From NCBI GenBank assembly GCA_950097015.1, contig CATNEN010000038.1, positions 26,288,001 to 26,352,000 of the forward strand: a DNA stretch of 64,000 nt, written 5' to 3'. Position numbers and translations under genes: made by a program. Of this stretch, positions 40,562 through 53,401 are shown in pieces. The notes beneath the pieces are model-generated. The model searched no databases. It saw only the letters and a program-made list of their open reading frames with translations, and had not been told where the DNA came from. Numbering within the stretch: the stretch's first letter is position 1; every line of letters starts with the position of its first letter. The DNA is from Macrostomum hystrix (Eukaryota > Animalia > Platyhelminthes).

Positions 40562-41315
40562 TATAGTTAACAAAAACTTTTATCACTAGGCCTACTTCAA
40601 TTTTTTTTACTTTAAAGTTGTAGATTAGAAGTTAAGGTTAGTTTTTCTATATTATGTCATGATCTCTTCCAAATAGTATTTAAGAATACTTTTTGACAAG
40701 ACATATAGTACCTACCCACTATAATATAATATATTGTAATATAGGCCCTATAATTTAAACGAATAGTATTAATAGTATTAACTAGTACTAGTATAATAAA
40801 TATAAACTAAATAGTCATAATTTACGAGCTATTAATTGTTTAGGAGCAGAGTATTTAGTATTTAGTATTATTTACTAGCAAGTTTTGCCCCACTTCGGGG
40901 AGCACTACTGGTCAGACAAAAAAATATTGTGCAATGCAGAAGGACAAAACACACCTGAAAGCAAACAAAAACGAAAACATATTTCGTCAGTAATAATTTC
41001 CCTGATTGCGAATATACGTGATTGCGAATCAAAGAGAATTTGAATTCTCACTAAATACAAAAATATTCAGTCTGAGCTTGAATACATTCTGAGACATCCG
41101 GTCTGTACACCAAGAGCCCCATTGGGCCTGGGGCAAAATTACACAAGTAGCTGTAAGCTATGATTTAGATTACATGCATAAGCACATACAATTTAGGCAC
41201 TTGAAAATCAAAGTAAAAATGTCAAATCATTACATATTCCCTAATATTTTATTTCTCAAAATGTGACATGACATGTACCCATTTGTCAAGGACCTAGACT
41301 TGGTGGTGTTCCTTG

Positions 41316-44300
41316 CAAGGACCACTAGAAGAAGAAGGACGGGACACTTCGTTTCTTAGAAAATTTATTAAAGGCTGATTTTTACGGAAAAATACACTAG
41401 TGAGATAGGAACTTTTCACTTTTTTCAACTTAAATCGTTGATAACTTTTTATTGGAAGCAGATACAAAGCTCTTCTTTTGATATAACTTACAAAATATGT
41501 TGCTTCGACGAATTTTGTAAAGTTTTTTTCATGAATAATTGATCTTCATATTATTTTAGTTACTATATCATGCTGCAATCATAGTATGAAGCTAACCAGT
41601 GACTAACTTGAATTTTACAATCTCTGTTTAATCGAATGCATCTATTTATTAGCAATATATGGTTAAAAAATAGCTGGTTATAGTTGTATGCCCAACTCAC
41701 TGCTTCTTTATTTTAGTTTTATACTTTCTATATAAAATAAATTTAAATATATAGAGCTACCTATATTACATATAGACCTACTAGCTATGCCTAGACCTAG
41801 TTATATGTTTATCAATAATCAAGACAGTATCTATCTTGTTAAGAATTGACAGTTTTTATACTTAATGAAATGTATGAATCTAAGCAAATGATAATTTTAA
41901 ACCAAGCTTGTTCTCTCTTGTTTTTAGACTTTTGCTTATTTTAGCTATATTGACATTATCTTATTTAGTATTTATTACAGTATTTATTAAACAATGATAG
42001 TTATTTGCTCTGATTTTATCAAGACGTTCTTATTTTTTCTATTTTTTTTATGTAAACAGTTGCATTGTTAACTGAAGGGTTTTTTAATTTGTAGTGAAAT
42101 TGTTTATTTCCTATTTGTATTATTTTTTCTTTGGATTCGGGGTTTGCACATGGCTAGCTAGTATGTCATGAACTCATCCAATATTAAATTTTAGCCATCT
42201 ATTTGCCTATCTACTATAATTTTACATTTCTTCTTTTTTAACAAGTATAGTATTTTTATGGCTAATATTAGCTTGACTTGGTTGTTTTGATGAATTTGAT
42301 TTTCTTTAAATTAATCACTTATTTCCAATTGAAATTAACAGTCCAGAAGTTGTAAGTAGGCCTATTGTATTTTTTGTCTATTGGGGCAAAATTATTGCCT
42401 ATAAATATAAGTAATAGCACTTCCACAGTCTATGCTTGTAAGCTTTAAATTTTCAACATTGAAACATTTAATTAATAAAGATAAAACAAGAAGTGTTACT
42501 TGTTCCTTATCACATTTTAGCTATAATAAAGTTTTGCTTGCACTGACACTAGTACTCAGAGCTTTTGCAATTATTGTTATGCCTATTGAGATCTTCAAGG
42601 TTGATATGGCCCAGGTAAGCTACTGGCTCTCATTCAGTGGTAGACTAATTCTGCTATGTATTAGTGTGTAATGTTAGAATATTTTTGGTAATATTATTTT
42701 TTGTATTTACTATAGTAAGAAATTGTAAAATGTTCTTGCTATTGTGGCTCTAGTATGTGTTTTTTACTTTTTGTGCCATTCCAGGGAAAGTCCATGCCTT
42801 TCTGCTTTGTGCCAACACCACTGCCCCAGTTCTACCTACCTGTGGTGGAGCCCCAGCCGGTCAGAGAACAACCTGGTGGAGCTTCTGGGCTACCTATTTG
42901 AGAGCCTAGCCTGGAGCCTAAGGACCTTGTTCATGTTTACTGCATTTTCAACCAAGTGCTGTAGTCACCAGCTAGACAACCCCATCCAGTCAGTCTAATC
43001 ACCATGTGATTGATGCCCCTTGCAAGGTAGTAAGCTTCTGACTGTCCTCATGGACATACAAAGACATTATGTAGAGAAAGATATATTACTTCATGTCTAT
43101 ATAATTTAAGATTATATAGATATTATTTTTGTGTCTCAATTGTGAAAATTGCCTTGAATTTGAAGAATCATTTGTTATAAAGAATAATTTAAATCCATTT
43201 ATACTACTTCAGTTGATTTCGAGATTTCTTTTACATTTTTCTGATTATTGTGTATTGAAATGAGTTTCTTTTCTCAATAGTGCATGTGCCATGAGATGTC
43301 AAATGGAGAACAATAAATGGAAGTAGTTGCAGCTTTTTATATCTTTGTATATGAGCTCATAGTATACATGTTTTACTTATGACTTCAAGTCATGAAAATG
43401 TGTTTAAGTAGTGCTGACCTTTCATTTTTCATCGTCTTTTATTGTCAAGATGCCTATGAAGTGTTGTGTGCCACAATAACAACAACGACAACAAAATACA
43501 CTGTCAGGTAAAAAAGCAGGGTCACAGTGCATGCTTCAGAGCCTGGGTGCGAACAAACACCGCATTGCCGGCAGTGTCTGGGGCACCAGCATAGGCCAGC
43601 AGGCAGTCAACAAAACCTGTTCTGCTCAGGTCGCAGGTAGGGATCCAACATGCGACCACAGTAGCAGCATTTGGTTGAACAACTTTGCAGCACAGGATTG
43701 CAGGCAGATGCCTCGATACTTGTATAGCTGTGAAGTGCCCAGCTTCTTTGATATGGCAATGATGTTCGTCATGGTCCACTCAGTTCATCACACAGGCAAC
43801 CTCACTGGCCACACAGTGAATATGCAGCACCTTGATGGACACCTTGTTTGGACAGTGGACACAGCACTTTGCTGCCTGGCTTCTTATAGGCAAACATCAC
43901 GACTTCAGCCATGGTGAATGGTGCAATGTTAAAACTGTCCTTTGACCGCAACTGAGTCTCTGGTGGCAGTGTCAGGATGTTGGGCAGTGGTGGCAGCGCA
44001 TTGACTATGGCAGCAAAGAACTCGCGTAGCTTGTTACTGTGCTCATCCACAGTGCCGTCTGCCAGATTCAGTTGGATGCGCCACTTTTGCCCTGTCAGAG
44101 CATTAATGGCAGACCAGGCCACATGCCATCTGGAATCATGCACCACAATTAAAAAGTAATTGTGACATAAAGGATAAAAGGACCACAGTTTTTTCCTTTT
44201 CTAAACAGAAGTTTAGAAACTGAGTTTCAGGCATGGCACAAAGCTTTACCAATTTCAATAAAGGTAAATAAATCCTTGTTAATAAAAGAATTACATGAAT

Positions 44301-45233
44301 TCAGGGGTGTTATTAAGCTTTTTTTATTGGGTGGTGCCAATAGGGATTTAGGGGTGCACACAAATGGGAATTGGAGGGCTCTGTGATGGGATTTAAAAAA
44401 AGCCAAATTTTTAAGAAAAAACCCCTCAGGCCCTAGCCAATTATGCCATTGTTTTCATTAAATAATAGAAAAAAAAATAGGAACATCTTGATAAAATCAG
44501 AGCAAATAACTATCATTGTTTAATAAATACTGGAAAAACTAGCTAGGCCTAATGTAAAGATAATGTCAATATAGCTAAAATAAGCAAAAGTCTAAAAACA
44601 AGAGAGAACAAGCTTGGTTTAAAATTATCATTTGCTTAGATTCATACATTTCATTAAGTATAAAAACTGTCAATTCTTAACAAGATAGATACTGTCTTGA
44701 TTATTGATAAACATATAACTAGGTCTAGGCATAGCTAGTAGGTATATATGTAATATTGTAATATAATAATATAAATATGTAATAATATAGGTAGCTATAT
44801 ATTTAAATTTATTTTATATAGAAAGTATAAAACTAAAATAAAGAAGCAGTGAGTTGGGCATAGAATTATAAGCAACTATTTTTTAATCATATATTGCTAA
44901 AAAATAGATGCATCCGATTAAACAGAGATTCTAAAATTCAAGTTTGTCACTAGTTAGCTTCATGCTATAATTGCTGCATGATATAGTAATTAAAATGATA
45001 TGAAGATCAATTATTCATGAAAAAATCTTCATAAAATTCGTCTAAGCAACATATTTTGTAAGTTATATCAAAAGAAGAGCTTTGTATCTGCTTCCAAAAA
45101 AAAGTTATCAACGTTTTAAAGTGAAAAAAGTGAAAAGTTCCTATCTCGCTAGTGTATTTTTCCGTAAAAATCAGCCTTTAATAAATTTTCTAAGAAACGA
45201 AGTGTCCCGTCCTTCTTCTTCTAGTGGTCCTTG
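41316..45233. mobile_element. 3.9-kb non-autonomous foldback-type DNA transposon with about 650-bp TIRs and 8-bp TSD
   Basis: 41316-41962 is the reverse complement of 44557-45233; termini CAAGGACCAC...GTGGTCCTTG; GTTCCTTG duplicated at 41308-41315 and 45234-45241. Confidence 0.93.
43480..44150 (-). mobile_element. Internally deleted RTE-like LINE fragment nested in the foldback element
   Basis: Pre-RT segment (AWSAINALTG...APFTMAEV...KKPG) joined to a 3' end with a (TTG)n-like tail; 3' end similar to 53420-53540. Confidence 0.6.
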
Positions 45234-46164
45234 GTTCCTTGACTGTTTCTAAGATTTTCAAAACTATCGCTCAAAATTAACAACTTTAACAAAACCAACA
45301 CAAAAAGTGCTACTTTTTGCGGTACACTTACAATCTGTTTACTTTGTATATACCTTAAATCGTCAAGAATATCTGTCGAGAAACATATGCATTCTCATCA
45401 TACCTCTGAGGATATTTTTTAAATTCAATTACCTTATATTTAAAAGTCAATTATGCATTCTACCTGTAAGTAAACATATGAAGCGCAAATATCGCTCTTT
45501 ACAAGCTACATTCATATTTTTGCATAAAAGTACTCGTAGCATTTTCTTACCAAAATTTCTGTCTGTTTTTCCACGGGACCAAGCAGTCAGAAAAAACTCA
45601 AGGACAACTTAAAAGAACACTTAAAAAACAAAAGTTCTTAAGTTGTCCTTGAAAAAACGATGACACGCATTGGAATTTGGTATATTTTTGCCTCGAGTTA
45701 CGACCTACAGGTGAGCTAGTATCCCTGAAATAACGAGCACTACCCATATTAGGAGTTGCTGATTATATTATCCAAATTCAGGGCGAACCACTCGGCAGTT
45801 GTCTGAATAAAAATCCTTATTTTTGTGATATAAATACAATTGAGGGAGGAAAGCGCCAAAAAAGTTTATCTATTGTTTAGCATTTAGTCGCATAAAAACA
45901 GTCGAATAATAGTAAAAAAAAACTTAAAAAATTCAGAACACGACACATTAACTTTGTTATTCCCCAAGCTAAGGATAGAAAGGCCAGTAAGTACAATTCT
46001 GTATGAATTACGTGAGCGGTTGCTCAAACTCCGAGATATTTCTCAGCTCTGAGAACTGGCTCCAACCCAGAGCAACTGCTCACTTTATTAATACGGCCTA
46101 TTGAGTGTTTTTTAAAAGGGCTGGGGGCCAGACGGTGAGGCTATCGATCAGGGTTGTGTCTGGT

Positions 46165-47502
46165 CTAGCAAATGTAGGTCACCAGAGCAGCCAGAACGCT
46201 CGCGCCGCACTTTGGGCACTGCTGGCATGTGTCGACGCAGTGCTGACAGAGTGCGAGATGGGCGCAGGGTAGCAGCGTGCGACTCAGTGTTCTGCTGCGG
46301 CACTGCTTGCATTTGTCGTCCGACTCTGGGTGTTGCAGCTGATGCTGCTGCTGCTTAAACCTCACCGTCTCGGAATCACTCATGGCATTAGAAGTTGCAC
46401 CTGCATGTTGAGACAGACAAAATTATTATTTCTTAGCCATTCGAAATCTTATTATTCATGAATAATTGATCCTTATTTTATTTTCGTATATTGATCTCGT
46501 GACAAACTCAATTTTAGAGTCACTATCTGTTTAAGTATATTACGAGAACTACGCATGTTTTCACTAAAAGGTGGATTTTGTCTGATTGGTTGCAATTGTG
46601 CGATCATGATAAATGTACGAAAATAAAATGTCGATCAATTATTCTTTGTAGGCAAGAAGTGCATTAAAAGTACGCTCGTGACAGCATTGGATCTGCTTCC
46701 AAAAATATTATTAACTTTTTTATGTAAAAAGGCGAAAGTTCCTATCTCTCTAGTGCATTTTTCCGGGAAAATCATCCTTTAATATAATTTCCAAGAAACG
46801 AAGTGTCCTGTCCTTCCTCTTCTTGTGATCCTTACTCTAAAACCTGTTCAATTAGTTTTATGAAACCTTTCAACCTGAAAAACCGAAACGCTGGTGTGTG
46901 CTAACCAGTTGGAGCATTCTGAAGGCTGTCTGTCATCCGCTCCGATCTGGCTTCCATCTGAACCCTGAGCTCCTCCTGCGACAGAGATTCGGCGCTGGCT
47001 GGCAGAATTTGGCTGACAACTCTAGCCAATACGGGCAACAGATTTTGGTCTGAAATGTCCTCCAGCCAGTGCCAGGCTGATATTATATCACCTGGTCGAA
47101 GCCGAACGAGCTCGATGTCATCTCTGAGACATTCTGTCAGAGCCTTCACTGAGGCCAGGCCGAGCAGCTCCTTGGGACAGCCGAATTGCCAGGCCACACC
47201 AGCCACCTGAGCCGCATCCGGGCTAGTGAGCAGCTTGACAATCTTGGCTCGCTGCCGTTTCAGCTGGCTGTTAACAGCCTGACTTAGTACAGCTGTAAAC
47301 AGGCAGTTTGCAGCGTGTGGCACCTTTTGGTTTGCCTCTGCTTTGACACCGCAGGAGCAGCAGCAATCAAACCAGCGACCGGAGGAACTAAACCGGAAAA
47401 TGCCCTCCTTGGCCGCAGGCGGCGCCGCTGAAGTCTGCAGACGAGCTTCGAAACACAGTTGGTTCGGATGACAAGCGTTAACCACCAGCTGAATGAGACA
47501 GA
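46165..47502 (-). CDS. IAP-like protein, 3' exons: degenerate BIR, helical domain and C-terminal RING
   Basis: Exons 47502-46906 and 46400-46165 joined in phase 1. CFEARLQT...AKEGIF...CCSC-x11-H-x3-C; terminal CKQC...LLPCAHLALCQHC...CPKC...VTYIC* is an IAP-type C3HC4 RING. Confidence 0.8.
46450..46833. mobile_element. Truncated relative of the foldback element TIR, in the IAP intron
   Basis: AAAAGTTCCTATCTC...AAGAAACGAAGTGTCCTGTCCTTC resembles 45130-45233. Confidence 0.7.
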
Positions 47503-50500
47503 CTGCAGTAGAGCGAAAATAAAAAAGTTAATTTAATTTGGGTTAGTATTTAAAGGCACAATTAACTGCAAAAACGATCTCTCTCATTAGTGTACATTAT
47601 GTACATTAGTCTCTCCAATTCTCTCTCCGAAAGTCAGAAGCAGAGGCGACAGGAAAGCAAGGGTCTGAAGCTGAGCGTGTCTAAATTGAATGTGCTTTGC
47701 CTCAGAACTAGAATTTTACCATAGACAAATCGCTCTCAATGAGGAAGTGTTTAAATTGAATATCCACTGTCTAAATCGAATATCTGCTGTTTAAATTGAA
47801 GTCAGCTTTGTCTAATTTGAACGTCCAACTGAAGGTATAAAAATAGAGTGTCGAAAATGAATGTCAAGTTGTCTAAATTGCAGCGCAGATTTGTTGAAAT
47901 TGAACGGGAAAATGTGTAATTTCCCAATCGATCATAGTGTTTCGACGATAGACTACGCATTAAAAGCGTGCATTAAGGTTTAAGTACACTGTTTTCTGGT
48001 TTAAGAAACGCTTCAAATCGATTAAATATTATTAATTTTTGCATGTCGCCCGAAAACATATCGGCAATACAGCCGAGAATAAAATAGTGTCGCTACATTA
48101 CTCTCAAGCGTCATACAACTCACAAAATGTGTCTGTAGCCGGCAGTTTCACATCGGTTATATCATTTCCCGTTATGAGCTTAGTAAGATATGTCAAATCG
48201 GAGCTCATATTCGGCAGTTCCTTATCATGCAAATTGTTTCGAACTGTATAACCGATTTTCAATTATCAAAACCAGCCACGTACAAGGGTAAGATAGAAGC
48301 TGTAAGCAGAATCATTTTTGTTGCACAATTTCAGTATATCATTTGCTTCAATTGGTCGATCTTCCTTCGCTTCCTCCTCGGTAAGTTGGTGCTTACAGAG
48401 TCACTGAAAATCGTTTACGTGTGCTTTGTTATCAATAATATTGTATAACGTTCAGGTCTAAGTATCATCTACCTTGGTAAAAGTCAGACAGAATATTACA
48501 ATTCTGTATGTTCTGGTAATAAAAACAAATACAATAATGATTTTACAATGACTCATGGGAGATTACTCATTGTAAACGAATAAAACAAATAAAATCTCGA
48601 CTTACATTAGCGTTGCTACTCCGGATGTTTCAATAAAACTTGACTTCATTTGTGTATTGCTATCATTCTGTTCAAAAATTTTTGAAAGTGTTTGAAATAT
48701 GCCTAATATGCGCGCAAAACTGTTCTTATGCTTTGAATTTTCGCCTGTCGCTTTAATATGTACTTTAACAGCGTTTAATTCTGGGTAATTCTGAAGTCTG
48801 CAGACGAGCTTCGAAACTATTTGTCACTTTAACTGCTTTAGACGAAGAAGTGACGTTTCAGCTATTCAATGATGCAAAATCTGATTTTAAAGATGTATTC
48901 TGTCGTCTAAAAAGGAGCAACAAACGTAATACCTGGACTAAAATGAGCAGAAAATATATTCGGTGCCTTTAGGTGCCGTATTAAACGCCTGATAATACGC
49001 AATTGCTATTTCTGTCCTGAATGATACTTTTCATTGCCTGAAGCATTTTAGGCACATTGTGTATTTTCGTAACTCTTATTAATAAATATACTAGACTTGC
49101 ACCTCATATGTTGTTAAATAAAATGAGGTTTAACTAATGGTGTTGATTCGAACGGGCTAGAAAAGTGAATAACACACAATGGCCTTGCCTCGGGCCTCTA
49201 GCTATATTATTTTGTATGATATGCAAAGAGGGAAAGGGGGGCCGACCAAGAGTAGAGACGAAAGATGGTATGAAAACCCTGGGCGGTGTACATTGGGGTT
49301 AACAGACAATAACGTGCGCAGAGGGAGAGAAAACAAGGTGGGTGCAGTGCTAGACTGGAGGGGTCAGAGTGGAAAGGCACACGGGGAAAAATCGATAATA
49401 GATAGAAGGGGCGGGTTTAACAATAACGATTTCCGCGACGCTTAAATTGTGCTCAGAACAGCCTTAATTCACTCCTACCATCTAGCAGAGATGACACAGT
49501 CCGCTAATTTCTTTGAATATCTCTGCACACTGCATATCATTTGAAAGAATGCACGTGCAGAGCTCATTTTGAGCATTACTGTCTATGTCATCCAGTCTAG
49601 AACTGGTTTATGTCACTTTTTGCAGGCCATTACTTTTTACGTATTATGGGTTATTGAAACGCGCTGACATTCTCTTATACCCTCAACTGGAGTGGACCGA
49701 CCCAGTGTTCGCAAACTGGCCATACAGTTCAAACCAGCGGTCTCTCGCTATAGACTCGATCTCCCGGCCCCCGAACAATGAATCTGACAAGCCGATTTTA
49801 ACCCGTCTAAAATGCGTGTCAAAAAAGCACACAGACCATTGATAAATGGTTTGGACACTAGCTGAAACAAAATACGAGCTCTTAATGCCAGGATTTTACA
49901 TAGACAGCGTGCAATAATGCTCCAGTCAGCGTTTGTTGACATAAATACAATTCTCCAAACGTCAGCGTGCAGATAATGGAACTTTGTCTATGGCCTGAAG
50001 CCTTATAATGCTTTTACCGGTTGGTAAAATACTTTAAATGATAATTAAAAGAAACAAATATAAGCGTCCAAATTTTGTCAGCTTCTGGCTCATGGCGGAT
50101 TGGCGCAGTTTGTGCCATAGACATGCCATTATCGCAGAGTGATCGTTTATACCATAATACGTTGCTGAAGCCTTATAATGTGATAGAAGCACGGCTTTCT
50201 CATGCAGTAACGCCTTAGGACACGAGTGCGCGAAGCGCTATCTGTCCATTCATATTTGGAGAGAGAAATTGCCTAGCAACGCAAGAAGAGACTAATGCCT
50301 ATGCTGAAAGCTACCCATTTTAACTACAGCAGTGCCTTAATTCCTATTTCTTGCTGTAGCTAGAAAATAGAAGGCAGGAAATCGTGTTATAGGTGTCCTA
50401 TATGGAAGTATCAGAGCTAGGCGATTTGCAGTTTCGGAAAAAATATTTTCTGTTTTAAACGCTTGAGCGCTGCCGAATTAAATAAATAAGTTGTGAGTTT

Positions 50501-50809
50501 CAATTCCAATCGAGTCTAAAGTCTTTCTTTTTGTTTTAAAACTTGTCACAATCAAACAAAATGGACAGCGCATGTAGTAACTGATGAAACTTTTGATTTA
50601 CAAGTGAATGTACAACATGTGTAAATACTCGTATGTATTGATGATATGTACAAAAAGAAAATAATAAATACCGGAAACGTGATTAGAAGCTGTTTATAGT
50701 GACTGAGCATGATAGAAGTAATAATAAAAAAAATCAATCAATTAATCAATTAATAAATTACACCTGTCCCAATTGAGCCAGATGTGGAGCCGACAGCACA
50801 GCCGCAGCT

Positions 50810-51022
50810 ATTGCGCGGCGCATCTGAAGGCTGCGTACGGCTGTACAGTCCACTTTCAATTACTCCAGCTAATGCTGGTACCCATTTTACAGCTGGGTGA
50901 ACTGAAGCAATGTATAGAGTTAAGTGCCTTACTTAAGAACACAAATTGCAACAGAAGTTAGGAATCGAACCCCCGACCTTCAAGTCGTGAGTCCGACGCT
51001 CTAAGCGCTTGGCTACAACCCC
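50810..51022 (-). mobile_element. tRNA-derived CORE-type SINE
   Basis: Minus strand has an A/B-box tRNA head (GTAGCCAAGCG...GGTTCGATTCC) and then a CORE-like GGCACTTAAC...TGCTTCAGTTCACCCAGCTG; homologous to 61897-62143. Confidence 0.75.
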
Positions 51023-51064
51023 GTAGCCTAGAAGTACATCGGCAAAAGTTAGGGATAGCCCAGT

Positions 51065-52792
51065 TTACTGTACAAAGCTACTCAAATAGCTGATGAGAAA
51101 GGGTACACAGAGCCTGCTATAGAGCCTGTGGCAGTCTCGAATCAGCTGTTGAAAATTGAGCACAGCTTCTTGCTGGACGACATTCAAATAGGTGCCCAGT
51201 AATTTAGCGGCTAGGCTGAGCAATGCAGCTGGCTCTCCGTCAGGAAGGAGGTCGGACTGAGCAGCTCTCGATAGCTCGTCTACCAGATTCTTGATGCAGT
51301 CTTTCGCTTTGGCCATTGCTTCGGTGTTTGGGCCAGTTTTTAGTCGGTAACGCAACTGCTGGAAGCTGCAATTGGGACTGTGACGGAAACCCAACCGACT
51401 TGATGGCTTGCTGGCAAAGCCGCAGAAGGCGCAGGACATCTTACTCAGCTGCTGATCGTAAAAGTAGCCATCAGCTGCCAGATCTTCAGCACTGGCTGGA
51501 CGTCTGGTTTGCCGCCGACCATCGCTGACCAGCTTCTGTGACTTCAGCCGGTCCTTGTAGCAGAGACCGTTGGCGTTCTTCGGAAGTAGAATGATGGTGA
51601 TCAGGAGGACTGGAAGTGAGGTACAGAAGCCAAACTTTTAACAGTAGAAAGACTTATGGAATCCTTATGGAAAGATTTTCGCAAAAGTCCACCATCTGGA
51701 ATACCATTTTTTCGCCCTATACTATGAAATAACTTTCAAAGCCGTTCGAGTTAGTAACGCCGAGATTTTCGTCGATTCTTTAACGTTGGCAAACAAACAT
51801 GTACCATATTGGTTCAATAAAAAATAAATAAATATAATTAACAGTAACAGCCGCCATGCAGGGTAAAATTTTATGAACTGTTAGTTTTAGCCTATATTGG
51901 TAACCACCTGACACCCCGACTAGAATCGTTGAATATCTCGAGCATGTTCTGCATTTTAATGGCGCTCAGTTGAAAATTTTGTTCGATGCTGAAAAAGCGA
52001 AAACGTGGATATTTAAAATGCCCCCATGATATTTTTACTTTTAACCACGCCTGACAAACAGGGGTAGCATTCTAACAAAATGCTCACTTTGAGCTACTCA
52101 CCGATCACGTGGTGATCCGATTCGTCCGAGCGTAGCCACGGCGGCAGAAGCTGTCGATCACCTGGGCCAAAAGGACTAATCACTGCGTCCGCTGTCAAAT
52201 CTTTCAGGCTATAATTCGGGAGGGTTTGAAATTATTGACAGATTGGGTTCGATACGCAGCTTCTTATCGTGTGCATCGGCTCTAGACTTTCTCCTCGTCA
52301 GGTAGTGTACACTCTCAATGTGGCATTTGGGGTTTGCCTTGAACAATAGAAAGACCGCGTATTTCAAATACCCACAATTTTCTTTCTTCTGTATCTCCTA
52401 AAATATTCATCCAATCGCCATGGAAATCCAAAACACAGGCTAAAATTGTCCCCTCTATTAGATGAAGCAACTTCCAGAATCACGAAAAATCGGCATCGTA
52501 GAGATATTCAACGATTCGGGGCGTCTGGAGGCGAAAACCACAAATATAGGCATAACTTTTCTGCTCAAAGGGCGTACTGTTAAGTTAAGGGTGTAAATTA
52601 CACGTCAAGCCCCTAAGCCTACTCGCCCGCGGCTGCGTCCCAATGAAGGTGGCCTTGCTAGGCCATCTGCCAGCATAACTCACTCTTTCTTTGTGCATTC
52701 ACTGCTGTGCTGATCAGTATTGATTCGGCCGCTCTCGGCGAGCTGCTCGTGAACCATCTCGATAGAGTCTGCTGGTCCAGGCTTGTTAGATG
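51065..52792 (-). CDS. BIR-like module exon (51609 to about 51065) with candidate upstream exons 52792-52684 and 52208-52102; may be part of the same gene as 46165-47502
   Basis: Open frame from acceptor 51609: LLITIILLPKNANGLCYKDRLKS...SAEDLAADGYFY...CAFC-x13-H-x3-C. 3' donor uncertain. Confidence 0.6.
51838..52583. mobile_element. TTAA-flanked MITE-like element with degenerate TIRs
   Basis: TTAACAGTA...TACTGTTAA ends; GAATCGTTGAATATCTC at about 51923 is inverted as GAGATATTCAACGATTC at 52501. Confidence 0.55.
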
Positions 52793-53401
52793 CTGAAGAG
52801 TTTTTGTTTATTAAGTCTATATATTATATATTTTTAGTGTTGCACAGCTAAGGCGTTTAACAAGGTACCATGCCTCTGTTTTACGGAAATCACGTGCTAA
52901 ACAATATGGAATGAAATTAACGCCTTTTAACGGCATCTCGTTTCAGAAGGAACTATCCACTCCATTTACTCAAGTACAAAAATACTCACAAGCAGACATA
53001 AAAATTTCACACTCGTTCAAGATCAGTAAATGCCTGTCTTCACAATATACCTGTAAACATTGCTGCTGCGTATACTATTTAATGTTTTTTTGGAAGCATT
53101 GTGTCGCGTCTAGGTAAAAAGGTATTTCGATTGCAGAAATTAGGTTTCCTTATATTTATAGTACGTTTGCCAGCCGACTACTTGTATGTCTAGTAGTATG
53201 AACCAACGATCTCGTCGTCGGCTGGTGAACTCTTGCCGCAGTCCAAGTCGTGAGCAGGTGTAGGTCAAGGACTACTAGACTAAAACGACGTATTCCATTG
53301 GTCTTTGGTGTAGGTCGGGACCTGGGTGTCTCGGGCACTCGGGGGTCGCGAAGGTCGGGGGCTCGATTCCCAACTCCACTAGGACATTTTGTGGAGTTTA
53401 C

